64,000 nt of DNA from an uncultured Rhodospirillaceae bacterium (GTDB lineage: Bacteria > Pseudomonadota > Alphaproteobacteria > UBA9219), in contig CAZFCA010000001.1 of the NCBI GenBank assembly GCA_964517415.1, positions 54,969-118,968 on the forward strand, given 5' to 3'. Shown piece by piece: positions 30,345 to 41,219 of this stretch (positions are counted from its first letter, which is position 1; every line of letters begins with the position of its first letter). The notes beneath the pieces are model-generated. The model saw only the letters and a list, made by a program, of their open reading frames with translations. It was not told the origin of the DNA and ran no database searches. A program made the position numbers and the translations under genes.

Positions 30345-32750
30345 TCAGTGTTTTATGAGTTCGCCTTGGCCGTTATTGTCCTTTAGGGGAACAGCTTCGG
30401 CTTCGGCGTTTTCATCCCATTCAATCGGAACGACGGGGCGGACAAGGGCGTGTTTCAGCACTTCGTCGACCGTGTTCATCAAAAGGATGTTCATGCCTTT
30501 TTTGACGTTATCGGGAATTTCCGTCAGATCCTTCTCGTTTTCCTTCGGGATTAAAACCGTTCGGATTCCGCCGCGCAATGCCGCCAGAAGTTTTTCCTTT
30601 AGGCCGCCTATAGGCAGAACGCGCCCGCGCAGCGTGATTTCGCCCGTCATAGCCACATCTTTGCGCACCGGAATTTTCGTAAGGACGGAAACGATGGAGG
30701 TGACCATCGCTACGCCTGCGCTAGGGCCATCTTTCGGCGTCGCCCCTTCGGGCACGTGCACATGGATATCGCGTTTTTCAAGCGATGGAGGCTTCAGCCC
30801 CAGCGCGATGGCGCGTGCCTTCACATAGCTTTCGGCCGCCTGCACGGATTCCTTCATCACTTCGCCCAGCTTGCCGGTCGTCGTGACCTTGCCTTTGCCG
30901 GGCATGCTTACCGCTTCGATGGTCAGCAATTCGCCGCCGACTTCCGTCCAGGCAAGACCCGTCGTGACGCCGATCAGGTCTTCCGGCTCAACCTCGCCGA
31001 AACGGAACTGCTTAACGCCGAGATACTTTTCAAGATTCCGGCGGGTTATGTGGATGCCTTTCGTCTTGCCGGAAACGATTTCCCGCAGCGACTTCCGCGC
31101 GAGGCTTGAGATTTCCCTTTCCAGATTTCGGACGCCGGCTTCCCGCGTGTAGTAGCGCAAGATGTCTCGCAACGCGTCCTCGGAAATCGAAAATTCGCCC
31201 TTCTTGAATCCGTGCTCCTTATGGATTTTCGGAAGAAGATGGCGCTTGGCGATTTCCAGCTTTTCATCCTCGGTATAGCCCGAAAGGCGGATGATCTCCA
31301 TGCGATCCAGCAGCGGCTGGGGCATGCGCATCGTATTGGCCGTGCACACGAACATCACGTCCGAAAGATCGTAATCGACCTCAAGGTAATGATCGTTGAA
31401 CGTGCCGTTCTGCTCGGGGTCAAGCACTTCAAGAAGCGCCGAGGTCGGATCGCCGCGCCAATCGGTGCCCAGCTTGTCGATTTCGTCCAAAAGGAATAGG
31501 GGATTCGACGATTTTGCCTTCTTCATGCCCTGCACGATCTTGCCCGGCATGGAGCCGATGTACGTGCGCCGATGCCCGCGAATTTCGGACTCGTCCCGCA
31601 CGCCACCCAGCGACATGCGCACGAAATTGCGCCCCGTCGCGCGGGCTATGGATTTACCCAGCGAGGTTTTGCCGACGCCTGGAGGGCCGACAAGGCACAA
31701 AATGGGGCCTTTGATTTTGTTCTGGCGCTGCTGAACGGCCAGATATTCAAGAATGCGCTCCTTGACCTTGTCGAGGCCGAAGTGGTCCTCGTTCAAGGTC
31801 TTTTCCGCCGCTTTCAGGTTGCGGCGAACGCGCGTGCGCTCCTGCCATGGGATGCCCAAAACCCAATCGAGGTAGTTGCGAACGACCGTGGATTCCGCAG
31901 ACATCGGGCTCATGCTTTTCAGCTTTTTTAGCTCGGATTCCGCCTTTTCGCGGGCTTCCTTGCTTAGGCTCTTTTCGGCGATGCGCTTGGCGTAATCGTC
32001 GGTTTCGTTGCGGCCGTCTTCGGTTTCGCCCAGCTCTTTCTGAATGGCCTTCATTTGCTCGTTCAGATAGTAGTCGCGCTGAGTCTTCTCCATCTGCTTT
32101 TTGACGCGGGTGCGGATTTTTTTCTCCACTTGCAGAACGTCGATTTCGCCTTCCATGTGGCTAAAAATTTTCTCAAGCCTCTGGTTGACGGAAGCGATTT
32201 CAAGCAACGCCTGCTTTTCGGGAATCTTTAAGGCCAGATGCGCTGCGACAGTGTCGGCCAGCTTTGCCGGATCGTCGATTTGATTGACGGTGACCAAAAC
32301 CTCCGGCGTGATTTTCTTGTTAAGGCGGATGTATTGGTCGAATTGGCCGACGATGGCGCGCGCCATGGCGTCAAGCTCGCCGCGGTCTTCGGTGAATTCA
32401 TCCAATGGCTCGGCGAAAGCCTGAAAGAAATCGACGTTTTGCGTGAACTGGGTCACCTTCGCGCGATGATTGCCTTCGACCAGAACCTTGACCGTTCCGT
32501 CCGGCAGCTTCAAAAGCTGCAAAACGGTGCCGATGGTGCCGATTGTGTAAAGATCTTTGGCGGTGGGGTCTTCTTGCGTCGACGTTTTTTGCGTCAGCAT
32601 CAAAATCTGCTTGTCGTTCTGCATCACGTCTTCAAGCGCGCGCACGGACTTTTCGCGCCCCACGAAAAGGGGAACGACCATGTGCGGGAACACGACTATG
32701 TCGCGCAAGGGAAGTATCGGATAGAGAGCGCCTTCGGTTTGCGTTTCCAT
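30345..32750 (-). CDS. lon: ATP-dependent Lon protease
   Basis: [32 protein letters not shown], Walker [10 protein letters not shown], catalytic PKDGPSAG. The ORF-track TTG start at 32786 overlaps the promoter -10; real ATG is at 32750 behind an AGGAAG RBS. Confidence 0.95.
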   Translation of the reverse strand: METQTEGALYPILPLRDIVVFPHMVVPLFVGREKSVRALEDVMQNDKQILMLTQKTSTQEDPTAKDLYTIGTIGTVLQLLKLPDGTVKVLVEGNHRAKVTQFTQNVDFFQAFAEPLDEFTEDRGELDAMARAIVGQFDQYIRLNKKITPEVLVTVNQIDDPAKLADTVAAHLALKIPEKQALLEIASVNQRLEKIFSHMEGEIDVLQVEKKIRTRVKKQMEKTQRDYYLNEQMKAIQKELGETEDGRNETDDYAKRIAEKSLSKEAREKAESELKKLKSMSPMSAESTVVRNYLDWVLGIPWQERTRVRRNLKAAEKTLNEDHFGLDKVKERILEYLAVQQRQNKIKGPILCLVGPPGVGKTSLGKSIARATGRNFVRMSLGGVRDESEIRGHRRTYIGSMPGKIVQGMKKAKSSNPLFLLDEIDKLGTDWRGDPTSALLEVLDPEQNGTFNDHYLEVDYDLSDVMFVCTANTMRMPQPLLDRMEIIRLSGYTEDEKLEIAKRHLLPKIHKEHGFKKGEFSISEDALRDILRYYTREAGVRNLEREISSLARKSLREIVSGKTKGIHITRRNLEKYLGVKQFRFGEVEPEDLIGVTTGLAWTEVGGELLTIEAVSMPGKGKVTTTGKLGEVMKESVQAAESYVKARAIALGLKPPSLEKRDIHVHVPEGATPKDGPSAGVAMVTSIVSVLTKIPVRKDVAMTGEITLRGRVLPIGGLKEKLLAALRGGIRTVLIPKENEKDLTEIPDNVKKGMNILLMNTVDEVLKHALVRPVVPIEWDENAEAEAVPLKDNNGQGELIKH

Positions 32751-32786
32751 ATTCTTCCTTTCAATTTTTGCTTTGCTCAAAGTCAA

Positions 32787-32815
32787 ATATGGGGGTGAAA
32801 TGGCAATGCATCAAG
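32787..32815 (-). promoter_or_regulatory. Sigma32 (RpoH) heat-shock promoter of lon: CTTGATG-N13-CCCCCATAT
   Basis: The minus-strand sequence matches the consensus CTTGAAA-N13-15-CCCCATNT. It sits about 35 nt upstream of the lon ATG. Confidence 0.7.
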
Positions 32816-33100
32816 AGTTCCACGCTTATTTCATACGCCTGAAGGTGACCATACAGGGGCAAGAAAAACAAGGATTCGCAGGTATTTGTGAATATATCGC
32901 TAATGGAAAGAAATTGCTCGTACCGCCAGTGCTTCGCGATAATTGCGTAAGCGATACTAAATTAACATGAATATGCCCTGAGCGTTTGGTTGCGATAGGG
33001 TGCGAAAGGCATACTAAATCATGTGCGGAAAAGCCCCCGAATCCCGAATCCTAAATCCACCTATTCTTTCTGCCATCTGATTCCTGTTCTCTTCTTCTGC

Positions 33101-35086
33101 CTATATGTCCACGTCCCTCGCGAATTTGGCGTTTTCCTGAATGAATTTGAAGCGCAGCTCCGCTTTGCGCCCCATCAGACTTTCGACCAAAGTTTCCGTT
33201 TCCTTGATCTCTATTTGGCTATCCTCTTTGTCTTTGGCGATGACGACGCGAAGAAGGGAGCGCGTGGCCGGATTCATCGTCGTTTCGCGCAGTTGCGCGG
33301 GCATCATTTCGCCGAGGCCTTTGAAGCGGCTGATTTCGATCTTGCCGCGTCCGGTAAATTCCTTTTTCAGCAATTCTTCCTTGTGTTCGTCGTCGCGGGC
33401 GTAGCGCGTGGTATTGCCCTGCGAGATGCGGTAAAGCGGCGGCTGGGCCAGATAGACCTTCCCTCCGGAAATCAAGCCGGGCATCTCGCGGTAGAAAAAC
33501 GTCATAAGCAGCGAAGCGATATGCGCGCCGTCAACGTCGGCGTCGGTCATGATGATGATGCGCTCGTAACGCAGCTTGTCGAGCCTGAATTCCGATCCCA
33601 TGCCGCAGCCGATAGCCTGCGCCAGATCCTGCAATTCCTGATTAGCGCGCAGTTTATCGGCCGTCGCGCTGGCGACGTTTAGAATCTTTCCGCGCAGAGG
33701 AAGAATGGCCTGCGTTTCGCGCTTTCGCGCCTGCTTGGCCGAGCCTCCGGCGGAATCGCCTTCGACAAGAAAAATCTCGCTGCCCTCCGCCGAATTTTGC
33801 GAGCAGTCCGCAAGTTTGCCCGGCAGGCGCAGCTTCCGCGTAGCTGACTTTCTGGCCAAATCCTTGGCTTGCGACGCGCGCGTGCGTTCCTCCGCCCTGA
33901 AAATCAATTGATCGAGCAAGCCTTTGCTGGCGGCGGCATCGGCCACCAGCCAATGATCGAGGTGATCCTTGACCGTTTGGTCGACAAGCCGGATGGCTTC
34001 GGGCGTGGCCAGCTTTTCCTTCGTTTGCCCTTGAAACTGCGGATTTTTGATAAACAGAGACAAAAGCACCACGGCATTTCCGAACGCTTCGTCCCCTGAA
34101 ATTGCGGTCGCGCGCTTGTTTCCGATCAATTCGCCGTAGGCGCGAAGGCCGCGCAAAAGCGCGGACCGCATGCCGCTTTCGTGCGTGCCGCCTTGGGGCG
34201 TGGGAACGGTGTTGCAATAGGAATGGCAGCTTCCTTCGCCGTCCAAAGGCCATGCGACAGCCCATTCCACGCGGCCTTGGTTGTCGGGCAAGTCGGCTTC
34301 GCCGTAGAACATTTCCTTCGTCAGCGTTTCGCGTTCTTCCAATGTCGAGGCCAGAAATTCCGCCAAGCCGCCCGGAAAATGCAGGACGGCGCTCAGCGGC
34401 GTTTTATCTTCGCCCTTGATCAGCGAAGGATCGCAGCTCCAGCGAATTTCGACTCCGCGAAAAAGATAGGCTTTCGACCTCGCCATCCGATAAAGCGCCG
34501 AAGGTCTGAAATGCGCTTTGGTGCCGAAAATATCGGCGTCGGGTTTAAAGGTGATCGTCGTGCCGCGCCTGTTGACCACGCCTGCTTTCTTCAGCTTTCC
34601 CTGCGCCGCGCCGCGGCTGTAGTTTTGCGCATAAAGCTGCTTGTCGCGGGCGACTTCGACGGTCATATCCTCAGACAGAGCATTCACTACAGAGATGCCG
34701 ACGCCGTGCAATCCGCCAGACGTTTCGTAGACTTTATTCGAAAACTTTCCGCCGGAGTGCAGAGTCGTCAAAATGACTTCAAGCGCGGATTTGCCCGGAA
34801 ACTTCGGATGGTTATCGATGGGTATGCCGCGCCCGTTATCATGTACCCTGACGACATTATCGGGCTTCAATTCGACTTCGATGAACGAGGCATGACCGGC
34901 GACGGCTTCGTCCATCGCGTTATCCAGAACTTCCGCGACCAGATGATGCATCGCGCCCTCGTCCGTGCCGCCGATATACATTCCTGGGCGGCGGCGAACG
35001 GGCTCTAGGCCTTCTAGAACCTCGATATCATGCGCGCTATAGGCGCTTTCTTTTCTTTTTGCGTTGGAACGGAACAAATCAGCCAT
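33101..35086 (-). CDS. parE: DNA topoisomerase IV subunit B
   Basis: GHKL ATPase (VLDNAMDE), TOPRIM (LVEGDSAGGSAKQ), 661 aa, no GyrB insertion. Confidence 0.8.
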   Translation of the reverse strand: MADLFRSNAKRKESAYSAHDIEVLEGLEPVRRRPGMYIGGTDEGAMHHLVAEVLDNAMDEAVAGHASFIEVELKPDNVVRVHDNGRGIPIDNHPKFPGKSALEVILTTLHSGGKFSNKVYETSGGLHGVGISVVNALSEDMTVEVARDKQLYAQNYSRGAAQGKLKKAGVVNRRGTTITFKPDADIFGTKAHFRPSALYRMARSKAYLFRGVEIRWSCDPSLIKGEDKTPLSAVLHFPGGLAEFLASTLEERETLTKEMFYGEADLPDNQGRVEWAVAWPLDGEGSCHSYCNTVPTPQGGTHESGMRSALLRGLRAYGELIGNKRATAISGDEAFGNAVVLLSLFIKNPQFQGQTKEKLATPEAIRLVDQTVKDHLDHWLVADAAASKGLLDQLIFRAEERTRASQAKDLARKSATRKLRLPGKLADCSQNSAEGSEIFLVEGDSAGGSAKQARKRETQAILPLRGKILNVASATADKLRANQELQDLAQAIGCGMGSEFRLDKLRYERIIIMTDADVDGAHIASLLMTFFYREMPGLISGGKVYLAQPPLYRISQGNTTRYARDDEHKEELLKKEFTGRGKIEISRFKGLGEMMPAQLRETTMNPATRSLLRVVIAKDKEDSQIEIKETETLVESLMGRKAELRFKFIQENAKFARDVDI

Positions 35087-35167
35087 AGTGTTTCTAGTCT
35101 TTTCAGAGTGTTAGGGTAAAACCAAGCCTTATGTAGCCTATCGTTTTGTTTGTACATTCGAAATAAT

Positions 35168-35238
35168 TCACATGCCTAGTCATTCCCGCGAATGCGGGAA
35201 TCCATATTTCTTTCAATAAGATGGATGCCCGCTTTCGC
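35168..35238. repeat. Inverted pair of REP units (GTCATTCCCGCGAATGCGGGAATCC ... GGATGCCCGCTTTCGCGGGAATGACG)
   Basis: Read directly from the sequence. Same family as the 19056 unit. Confidence 0.7.
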
Positions 35239-35309
35239 GGGAATGACGCGTGTCATTATTTGGCACGACCATAGCACGATTCGCCTCCTATAAAGGGTTG
35301 CTCTCCTGC

Positions 35310-35481
35310 GAATCAAAAAGTTGTGGATAAACTTCCAAATATGCCTGTTTTTTATGCATGCACGTGCGGCTTGACATTTTTAAATGTTAATAAATCGTAA
35401 ATACATCAGCATCTTATTAACCCAGATTTAGATGCTATCCACAATTCATCCACAATATATGGTGTTTGCTAGAATCGATTC
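35310..35481. promoter_or_regulatory. gcrA upstream region with DnaA boxes (rc TTATCCACA at 35322-35330; CTATCCACA 35435-35443; TCATCCACA 35447-35455) and GANTC sites (35310-35314; tandem GAATCGATTC 35472-35481)
   Basis: Exact or near matches to the 9-mer DnaA box. GANTC is the CcrM methylation motif. Caulobacter gcrA is known to be DnaA-activated. Confidence 0.5.
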
Positions 35482-35616
35482 GCTGTCCGTGGTATGAGAA
35501 TTGCCGTTAGGCCACAATATCTAGTGGCGAGCACTCAAGTATCAGGGATTTGTTTCGAGATCGCACCGATTTTGAGCATTTCTCCCCGCCAACAAACCGC
35601 CAGGGAGTTAAGAAAC

Positions 35617-36183
35617 ATGACATGGACCGAGCAAAAAATCCAGATGCTCAAGGATATGTGGGGGCACCACAGCGCCAGCGAAATTGCCGATCACATTGGC
35701 GGGTTAACGCGAAATGCCGTTATCGGAAAGGCCCATCGCTTGAAACTTTCAGTTCAGAAGGCGTCGCAGTCGCCCGGCGTCGGTCTGCAATGCGCCGCAG
35801 GAAACATGGTTTTAAAAACCACGCGCAAACGCATGGTGATGAGGCATTTACCTATCACGCCATCGCCACAGAACGCGCCCGCGCAAAGGCCTTTGCCGAC
35901 GGCAAAAGACATTTTCCGCTCGCTTGAAGGCATCGGCGGCTCTATTCGCAGCGAGGGCATCGCGATGACGAAGGCGGGCGAACGCCATTGCCGCTGGCCC
36001 ATCGGCGATCCCCGTTCTCCCGATTTCCGCTTCTGCGGATGCACGGCGCACGAAGGCTTGCCGTATTGCGTCGATCACGCTCGCGTCGCGTATCAGAACG
36101 TCAGCCGCCGCACGCGCGGTTCGTCCGTCAACGAGGAAATCCCGCATATCGAGGAAAAAACCCCGCCAAAGGGAAGAGAGTAA
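35617..36183 (+). CDS. gcrA: Cell-cycle regulator GcrA
   Basis: MTWTEQKIQMLKDMWG...LTRNAVIGKAHRLKL matches the GcrA N-terminal DNA-binding domain. GGGAG RBS. The upstream extension in the ORF track is spurious. Confidence 0.85.
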   Translation: MTWTEQKIQMLKDMWGHHSASEIADHIGGLTRNAVIGKAHRLKLSVQKASQSPGVGLQCAAGNMVLKTTRKRMVMRHLPITPSPQNAPAQRPLPTAKDIFRSLEGIGGSIRSEGIAMTKAGERHCRWPIGDPRSPDFRFCGCTAHEGLPYCVDHARVAYQNVSRRTRGSSVNEEIPHIEEKTPPKGRE

Positions 36184-36358
36184 GCGAGCATTCAGGATTC
36201 GGGGGGAGGAATAGGATTGCCTATTCCTTCCTTTTTTCTGTTGAGCCGTTCCGCCCGTCCCCGCGAAGGTGGGGGTGACGTGTAATCCAACAATTACATA
36301 ACTGGCGATAGTCAAAGAAAGGAACGGGCTATATTCCCTGAATCCCGAATCCCGAATC

Positions 36359-37618
36359 CTATTTCCATCTCATCACGACTTGCGCCGCTTTCATGCCCGA
36401 GCGCAAGGCGCCTTCGATAGTTGTGGGCAGGCCTGTCGCGGTCCATTCGCCCGCGATGGCGACGTTTTTCCATCCCGTATAAGCCGGAGGGCGTATTCTA
36501 TTCTGGTCGGGCGTCGACGCGATGGTGGCGAATTTCTCAAGGAAAATCCTGTGCTGCGGCACAAGATCGGGGTCAAGTTGGAACAGCGCCGCCACTTCCT
36601 CCCAGATCAGCGCGGCCATTTCGCGGACGGGAACGGATTTATACCTATCGGCGCAGCTGATGGTCGTCGATATCACGCCGTTGCGGACGAAAATCCATTC
36701 CGAATAGCCGCCGATAACGCCCGTGAAGCAGTCGTCGACAACCGCGTTTTCGATGCGGAAGTGCGCGCTGATGATGGAGCGGAATTTCACGGGCGTCATG
36801 ACTTCGGGCAAAATCTCGCGCAATATCCAAGCGGGCAGGGCGATCACCACCCAATCCTGCGATCCCAGTTCGACGGAGGCGCCGTTGAAAACCAATTCGC
36901 GCACGACATCGCCTTCCCACAAGATCGCGCGAAGGCGCTGGTAGTATTTGATCTCTGCTCCGCGGTCGCGCAGCGCGTTAAGGCAGGGAATAACGAACGT
37001 TTCCGACAGGCCGATCTTGGGAATGATGGGCACGCTCGCGCGCCCGCCCACGCCGAAACTCTGCGCCAAAACGTTGCGCAACAATCGCGCCGAGGCGATT
37101 TCCGGCTCCGTGTTCAAAGAGCCGATGATCAATGGCTCCCAAAAGCGTTTGTATAAGGCGTTGTTCGGATTGACGAGATTGGCAAGCGTATCGTTTTCCC
37201 GCGCCGACAAAATCTTCGCTGCCGAAAGATAATCAAGCGGCTTCGTTCCCGGAATGCGGCGTTTCTTGTCGAAAATCCACCAAGGGATGGCGCCCTTGCT
37301 CAATTTGATCGTCCATCTTTCGCCTGTAGTAAAATCGACGAACGGAAAAATCGGCTCGCCCGGGCCCGTCACCGTATCCAGCGCGTTCGTGAGGAAAAGG
37401 TAATCCTGAACGGCTGTATTGCCGGAAAGCACCAGATGGTTGCCGTTATCGATGCGGCAGCCAAGATCGCGATCTAAAAAAGAGCGGCATCGCCCTCCCG
37501 CAAAAGGCGCGGCTTCGTAGATCGTGACTTTTTCGCCCGCAAGCGCAAGCTGAAGCGCGGCGGATAATCCCGCTAGCCCTGCGCCGATCACATGCACATG
37601 CCGCTGCGTCATGAGCAT
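36359..37618 (-). CDS. hpnE: Hopanoid-associated FAD-dependent amine-oxidase-like desaturase HpnE
   Basis: VHVIGAGLAGLSAALQLALAG, 419 aa, directly downstream of the two squalene-synthase-like genes. Confidence 0.85.
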   Translation of the reverse strand: MLMTQRHVHVIGAGLAGLSAALQLALAGEKVTIYEAAPFAGGRCRSFLDRDLGCRIDNGNHLVLSGNTAVQDYLFLTNALDTVTGPGEPIFPFVDFTTGERWTIKLSKGAIPWWIFDKKRRIPGTKPLDYLSAAKILSARENDTLANLVNPNNALYKRFWEPLIIGSLNTEPEIASARLLRNVLAQSFGVGGRASVPIIPKIGLSETFVIPCLNALRDRGAEIKYYQRLRAILWEGDVVRELVFNGASVELGSQDWVVIALPAWILREILPEVMTPVKFRSIISAHFRIENAVVDDCFTGVIGGYSEWIFVRNGVISTTISCADRYKSVPVREMAALIWEEVAALFQLDPDLVPQHRIFLEKFATIASTPDQNRIRPPAYTGWKNVAIAGEWTATGLPTTIEGALRSGMKAAQVVMRWK

Positions 37619-38457
37619 AATCCCTTAACAAGCAGCCAAAGTTTCTCGATACGCGAAAGACCGACGCGGTTTTTAGGCTCGCGCCAATCGGCCGCCAGCA
37701 GTTTCTCGAAAATCGCGCCATAATAAAGGCGCATAATGCGCGCAGGGAGCATGGCGGCACGGGGGCAGCTCTTCATAAACGCATCGGCCTGCATATAATG
37801 CTCAAGCGCCAGCGCGGCCAAATCGCGGCAAACAGGAGCAAGGCTGGAATTCTTTAATATATCGGTGGGGTTTCCTGCGATTATCCCATTCTTTTCAAGC
37901 AATTCCCGTGGCAGATAAAGCCGCCCTCGCGCAGCGTCTTCGGCTAAATCGCGCAAGATATTCGTCAACTGGAAGGCGCGCCCCAGATGATGCGCGACAT
38001 TCGTGGCGATTTCGCTCGCGTCGCCGAAAATACGCACCGAGACGCGGCCTACCGCGCTGGCCACGCGGTCGCAATAGGTGTCGAGCGTTTCCAGATCAGG
38101 CGCGACGATGGCGATAGCGTCCATTTCCATGCCGTCGATGATTTCAAGAAAATCCTTTTCCTTCAGATCGAACGCCTGAATCGCGGGCAAAAGCGCGGCG
38201 GTAATTTCATCTGTGGGCTTGCCCTGAAAAACATCCGCGATGCGATGGCGCCACATCTGCAACTCGCGCCCCGCAATTTCCGGCGACGGGCTGTCGTCCG
38301 CCACGTCGTCCACCGCGCGGCAAAAAGCGTAAACGGCGTACATGGCGTCGCGCCGCGCTTTCGGCAAAACGGTCATGCCCGCGCCGAACGATGTGCGCGA
38401 CGCTTTGACTTTGGCTTTCACGGCTTCAAGCGCTTCGGGATAGGAAAGGGAGGTCAT
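37609..38457 (-). CDS. hpnD: Presqualene diphosphate synthase HpnD
   Basis: RRDAMYAVYAFCRAVDDVAD squalene/phytoene-synthase motif. Start set at Met MTSLSYPEAL, which overlaps the hpnC stop (ATGA). Confidence 0.8.
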   Translation of the reverse strand: MTSLSYPEALEAVKAKVKASRTSFGAGMTVLPKARRDAMYAVYAFCRAVDDVADDSPSPEIAGRELQMWRHRIADVFQGKPTDEITAALLPAIQAFDLKEKDFLEIIDGMEMDAIAIVAPDLETLDTYCDRVASAVGRVSVRIFGDASEIATNVAHHLGRAFQLTNILRDLAEDAARGRLYLPRELLEKNGIIAGNPTDILKNSSLAPVCRDLAALALEHYMQADAFMKSCPRAAMLPARIMRLYYGAIFEKLLAADWREPKNRVGLSRIEKLWLLVKGLCS

Positions 38458-39308
38458 GCCCACGCTCTTAGCACACCCGTTACCGTCCCGCAAAGAACGG
38501 ACGCCTTGCCAAGTTTCACATCGTCGCACAAGGGATCGCGTTTTCTCAGCAAGGCCACAAGCCGTTCGGCAAGGACGCAAATGACGGAAACCTCGGCCTT
38601 CAGGCGCAGATCAGGTATCTGCGAAGGAAAACGCCGCGCTTCAGCAAGCAGGGGATCGACCTTGTCCAGCATCGCCTGGAACGTATGGCGCAAGCCTTCC
38701 GGCGCGGCTTCGCGCGCAAGATCCGACGGGCCGGCATGGTTCGCCGCCAGCAAATCCATGGGCAGGTAGACGCGATCAAGTTCGCGATAATCGTTGGCGC
38801 AGTCCTGAATGTGGTTGATGACTTGCAACGCGTTGCATAAAGCGTCGTTGGCTTTCCACACCGCCTCGCCGATGCCGTGCAAGGCCAAAACATGCCTGCC
38901 GACAGGCGCGGCCGAGTAAGTGCAATAATCGATCAGGTCGTCCCAATCGCGATAGCGGAGCTGGGCGGCGTCGCGCTTGAAGGCCTTGAGGAGGTCGAGG
39001 CTATGCTGCGGCGAGACGCCCGTTTCGCGCAGGCTTTCGCGCAAAACAACCGCCGAAGGCACGTCGATGTCGTTTTCGTCCAAAAGGCAGGCGGCGAATT
39101 TGTTCAGGCGAAAAATTTTTTCATCCGGCTCCAAAAGCGGATGGTCGCTGATGTCGTCGGCGTCGCGGGCGAAATTATAAAAAGCGTGTACGTGTGGACG
39201 CAGATCGCGCCGGATCAAAAACGAGCCGACCGGAAAATTCTCGTTATGGCGGTTCTTGCCGCTAGCCTCATCCGGCGGCTCGATCATGCCTGCGCCCGTC
39301 CCTTCCAT
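38454..39308 (-). CDS. hpnC: Squalene synthase HpnC
   Basis: ENFPVGSFLIRRDLRPHVHAFYNFARDADDISD is the HpnC-type signature. Confidence 0.8.
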   Translation of the reverse strand: MEGTGAGMIEPPDEASGKNRHNENFPVGSFLIRRDLRPHVHAFYNFARDADDISDHPLLEPDEKIFRLNKFAACLLDENDIDVPSAVVLRESLRETGVSPQHSLDLLKAFKRDAAQLRYRDWDDLIDYCTYSAAPVGRHVLALHGIGEAVWKANDALCNALQVINHIQDCANDYRELDRVYLPMDLLAANHAGPSDLAREAAPEGLRHTFQAMLDKVDPLLAEARRFPSQIPDLRLKAEVSVICVLAERLVALLRKRDPLCDDVKLGKASVLCGTVTGVLRAWA

Positions 39309-40414
39309 TGGCCGCCCTTTCCCTTATGATAAAGCCGCGCCGAATCCACGGTCGCCGCGACATAAACCAGCGCCGCAGCGGGCAAAGTCAATGCCCACGC
39401 CCACGGCAAATCATAGAACCTGATCGTGGGAAAATATACAAGCGTCATGATTAGATACGCCGCAAAACCGGCAATCAGGCTCCAAAGCGAGGGCGCGTAA
39501 AGGAAAAGCAGGGGCGGCATGAAAAACAAAAGAGTCATGCCTAGAACCGTTCCCGCGAGAAGAAGCGGGGAATAGCCAAGCTGGGTATAGGCAGTGCGGG
39601 CGATCATGCGCCAGACATCATTGATGCGCGAATAAGAGCGAAGGCTGTCGATATCATGCGTCAGGGTAAGCTCGACGTTTCCGGCTTCGCTTTTGATAAA
39701 TTTGGCGAGGCTGCAATCGTCGATCAGGGCGGATTTGATACGCTCTAAACCGCCGATTTTATCCAGCGTCTTCCGGCGCACGAGCATGACGCCCCCGGCC
39801 GCCGCGGCCGTCTGATCGTACATGTTATTCGCTCTGCGGAAAGGATAGATCATCGCAAAAAAGAAAACGAAGGCGGGGATCAGCAGCTTTTCGGCGAAAG
39901 CCGTGCAATTCAACTTCACCATGCGCGAGGCCAGATCGAGCTTCCCTGCCTCCGCCGCCGCCACAAGCTCGCTCAGGCTTTGCGGCCTATGGCGAATGTC
40001 GGCGTCGGTGAAAAGAACCATATTGGCCTTGCTTTGGCCAAGCCCCACGTTCATGGCGGCGACTTTACCTGCCCACCCTGTCGGAAGATCGGGCGCGGAT
40101 ACGACCGTCAGCTTGTCGGCCCTGTCCTGTCTTTCGGCGATTTTGTGCGCGACGGCGGCAGTGCCATCCTTGCTGTGGTCGTCCACCAGAATAACGCGCC
40201 ATTCGCCTTGATAATTTTGTTTCAAAAGCCACGGGAGAGTGAGCGGCAGCATATCGGCCTCGTCCCGCGCTGGAACTATGATATCCACGGACGGCCATGC
40301 GGCAGGCGGTTCGGCCTTGGCGGGCAAAAGGGGAAGCCAAAACTGGCCATGCCAAGCCGCGAGGTATATCCACGCAAGAAGGGCTATAAAACCAAAAAGG
40401 GAAAATAGGAACAT
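39284..40414 (-). CDS. hpnB: Hopanoid-associated GT2 glycosyltransferase HpnB-like
   Basis: VDIIVPARDEA and VDDHSKDGT GT2 motifs with N- and C-terminal TM segments, at the head of the hpnCDE block. Confidence 0.7.
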   Translation of the reverse strand: MFLFSLFGFIALLAWIYLAAWHGQFWLPLLPAKAEPPAAWPSVDIIVPARDEADMLPLTLPWLLKQNYQGEWRVILVDDHSKDGTAAVAHKIAERQDRADKLTVVSAPDLPTGWAGKVAAMNVGLGQSKANMVLFTDADIRHRPQSLSELVAAAEAGKLDLASRMVKLNCTAFAEKLLIPAFVFFFAMIYPFRRANNMYDQTAAAAGGVMLVRRKTLDKIGGLERIKSALIDDCSLAKFIKSEAGNVELTLTHDIDSLRSYSRINDVWRMIARTAYTQLGYSPLLLAGTVLGMTLLFFMPPLLFLYAPSLWSLIAGFAAYLIMTLVYFPTIRFYDLPWAWALTLPAAALVYVAATVDSARLYHKGKGGQWKGRAQA

Positions 40415-40516
40415 CGGGCGAAACCCCTTTAACCTTAGGAGAAGGCGAGAAATAGACGTAAAGAATAAACTACCCCCGCAGTTTCAAAACCTCAACAATT
40501 AACCATAAAGTTCTGT

Positions 40517-41200
40517 TTGAAGAAAGTTCTCCATTTGATAGCCTCCAAAGGCACTATTCATTCAAAGGAGGCAAACGTGCATTTTTGCAGCAAGGACGAT
40601 TTAAGAAAGATCAACTCTCATAACGTGGGCGAAAAGCTTGCGGATTATTTCGACGTTCTCGACAGGACGATGCAGGACAAGCATCATTTCCTTTTTATCG
40701 AAGGCACTGAAGAGGCGAGCGCGTGCACGATCATTTTGCCGCGCCGCGATTCGCCTAGTCTTTTCATGCATGTTTTAAATGGCGTTATTCAACTTGACGG
40801 GCGAAAAACTCTCGTCGCGGCGTTGGAATCAGAGAACACAAAGGAACACATTGTCGTTTCAAATATATGCGGCACTTTCGACTCCGAAATCCGAGCCGCT
40901 TATCTTGCCAATGACAAGAATGTGGTAGGGGACTCTTGCGCCCTAACTTCGCATGGCAAGAATTTGCTCAGAAAATTGGTCGTGAACAAAAAGCTGGTCG
41001 GTCTGTCCCAAATGATGCGCCCGGTCGAGAATCTGCCCGAAGTCATGGATCGTTACTTTGCCGCCGCTTTCGGAAACGAGGCGGTGCCCGAGGTTTCAGT
41101 CGCGCCGCAGCGGCAGGTGATAGCCCCAAAAACGAGCATTCGCCCTGCAGATCGCAGAGAGCCGCCGATGAGGCTTCGGGAAGGATTGCAGTGCGAATAG
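40517..41200 (+). CDS. Hypothetical protein (no recognisable domain)
   Basis: 227 aa, lower GC than its neighbours, divergent from hpnB. Confidence 0.35.
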   Translation: MKKVLHLIASKGTIHSKEANVHFCSKDDLRKINSHNVGEKLADYFDVLDRTMQDKHHFLFIEGTEEASACTIILPRRDSPSLFMHVLNGVIQLDGRKTLVAALESENTKEHIVVSNICGTFDSEIRAAYLANDKNVVGDSCALTSHGKNLLRKLVVNKKLVGLSQMMRPVENLPEVMDRYFAAAFGNEAVPEVSVAPQRQVIAPKTSIRPADRREPPMRLREGLQCE

Positions 41201-41219
41201 AGGGGCTGTACCATTCCCT

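Noticed and set aside
35168-35193. The REP core ATTCCC-N8-GGGAAT exactly matches the Neisseria dRS3 repeat pattern
   Set aside because: The gene content is alphaproteobacterial (GcrA, GapR, CpdR, hopanoid cluster) with about 58% GC. The resemblance is a short palindrome coincidence, not evidence of Neisseria origin.
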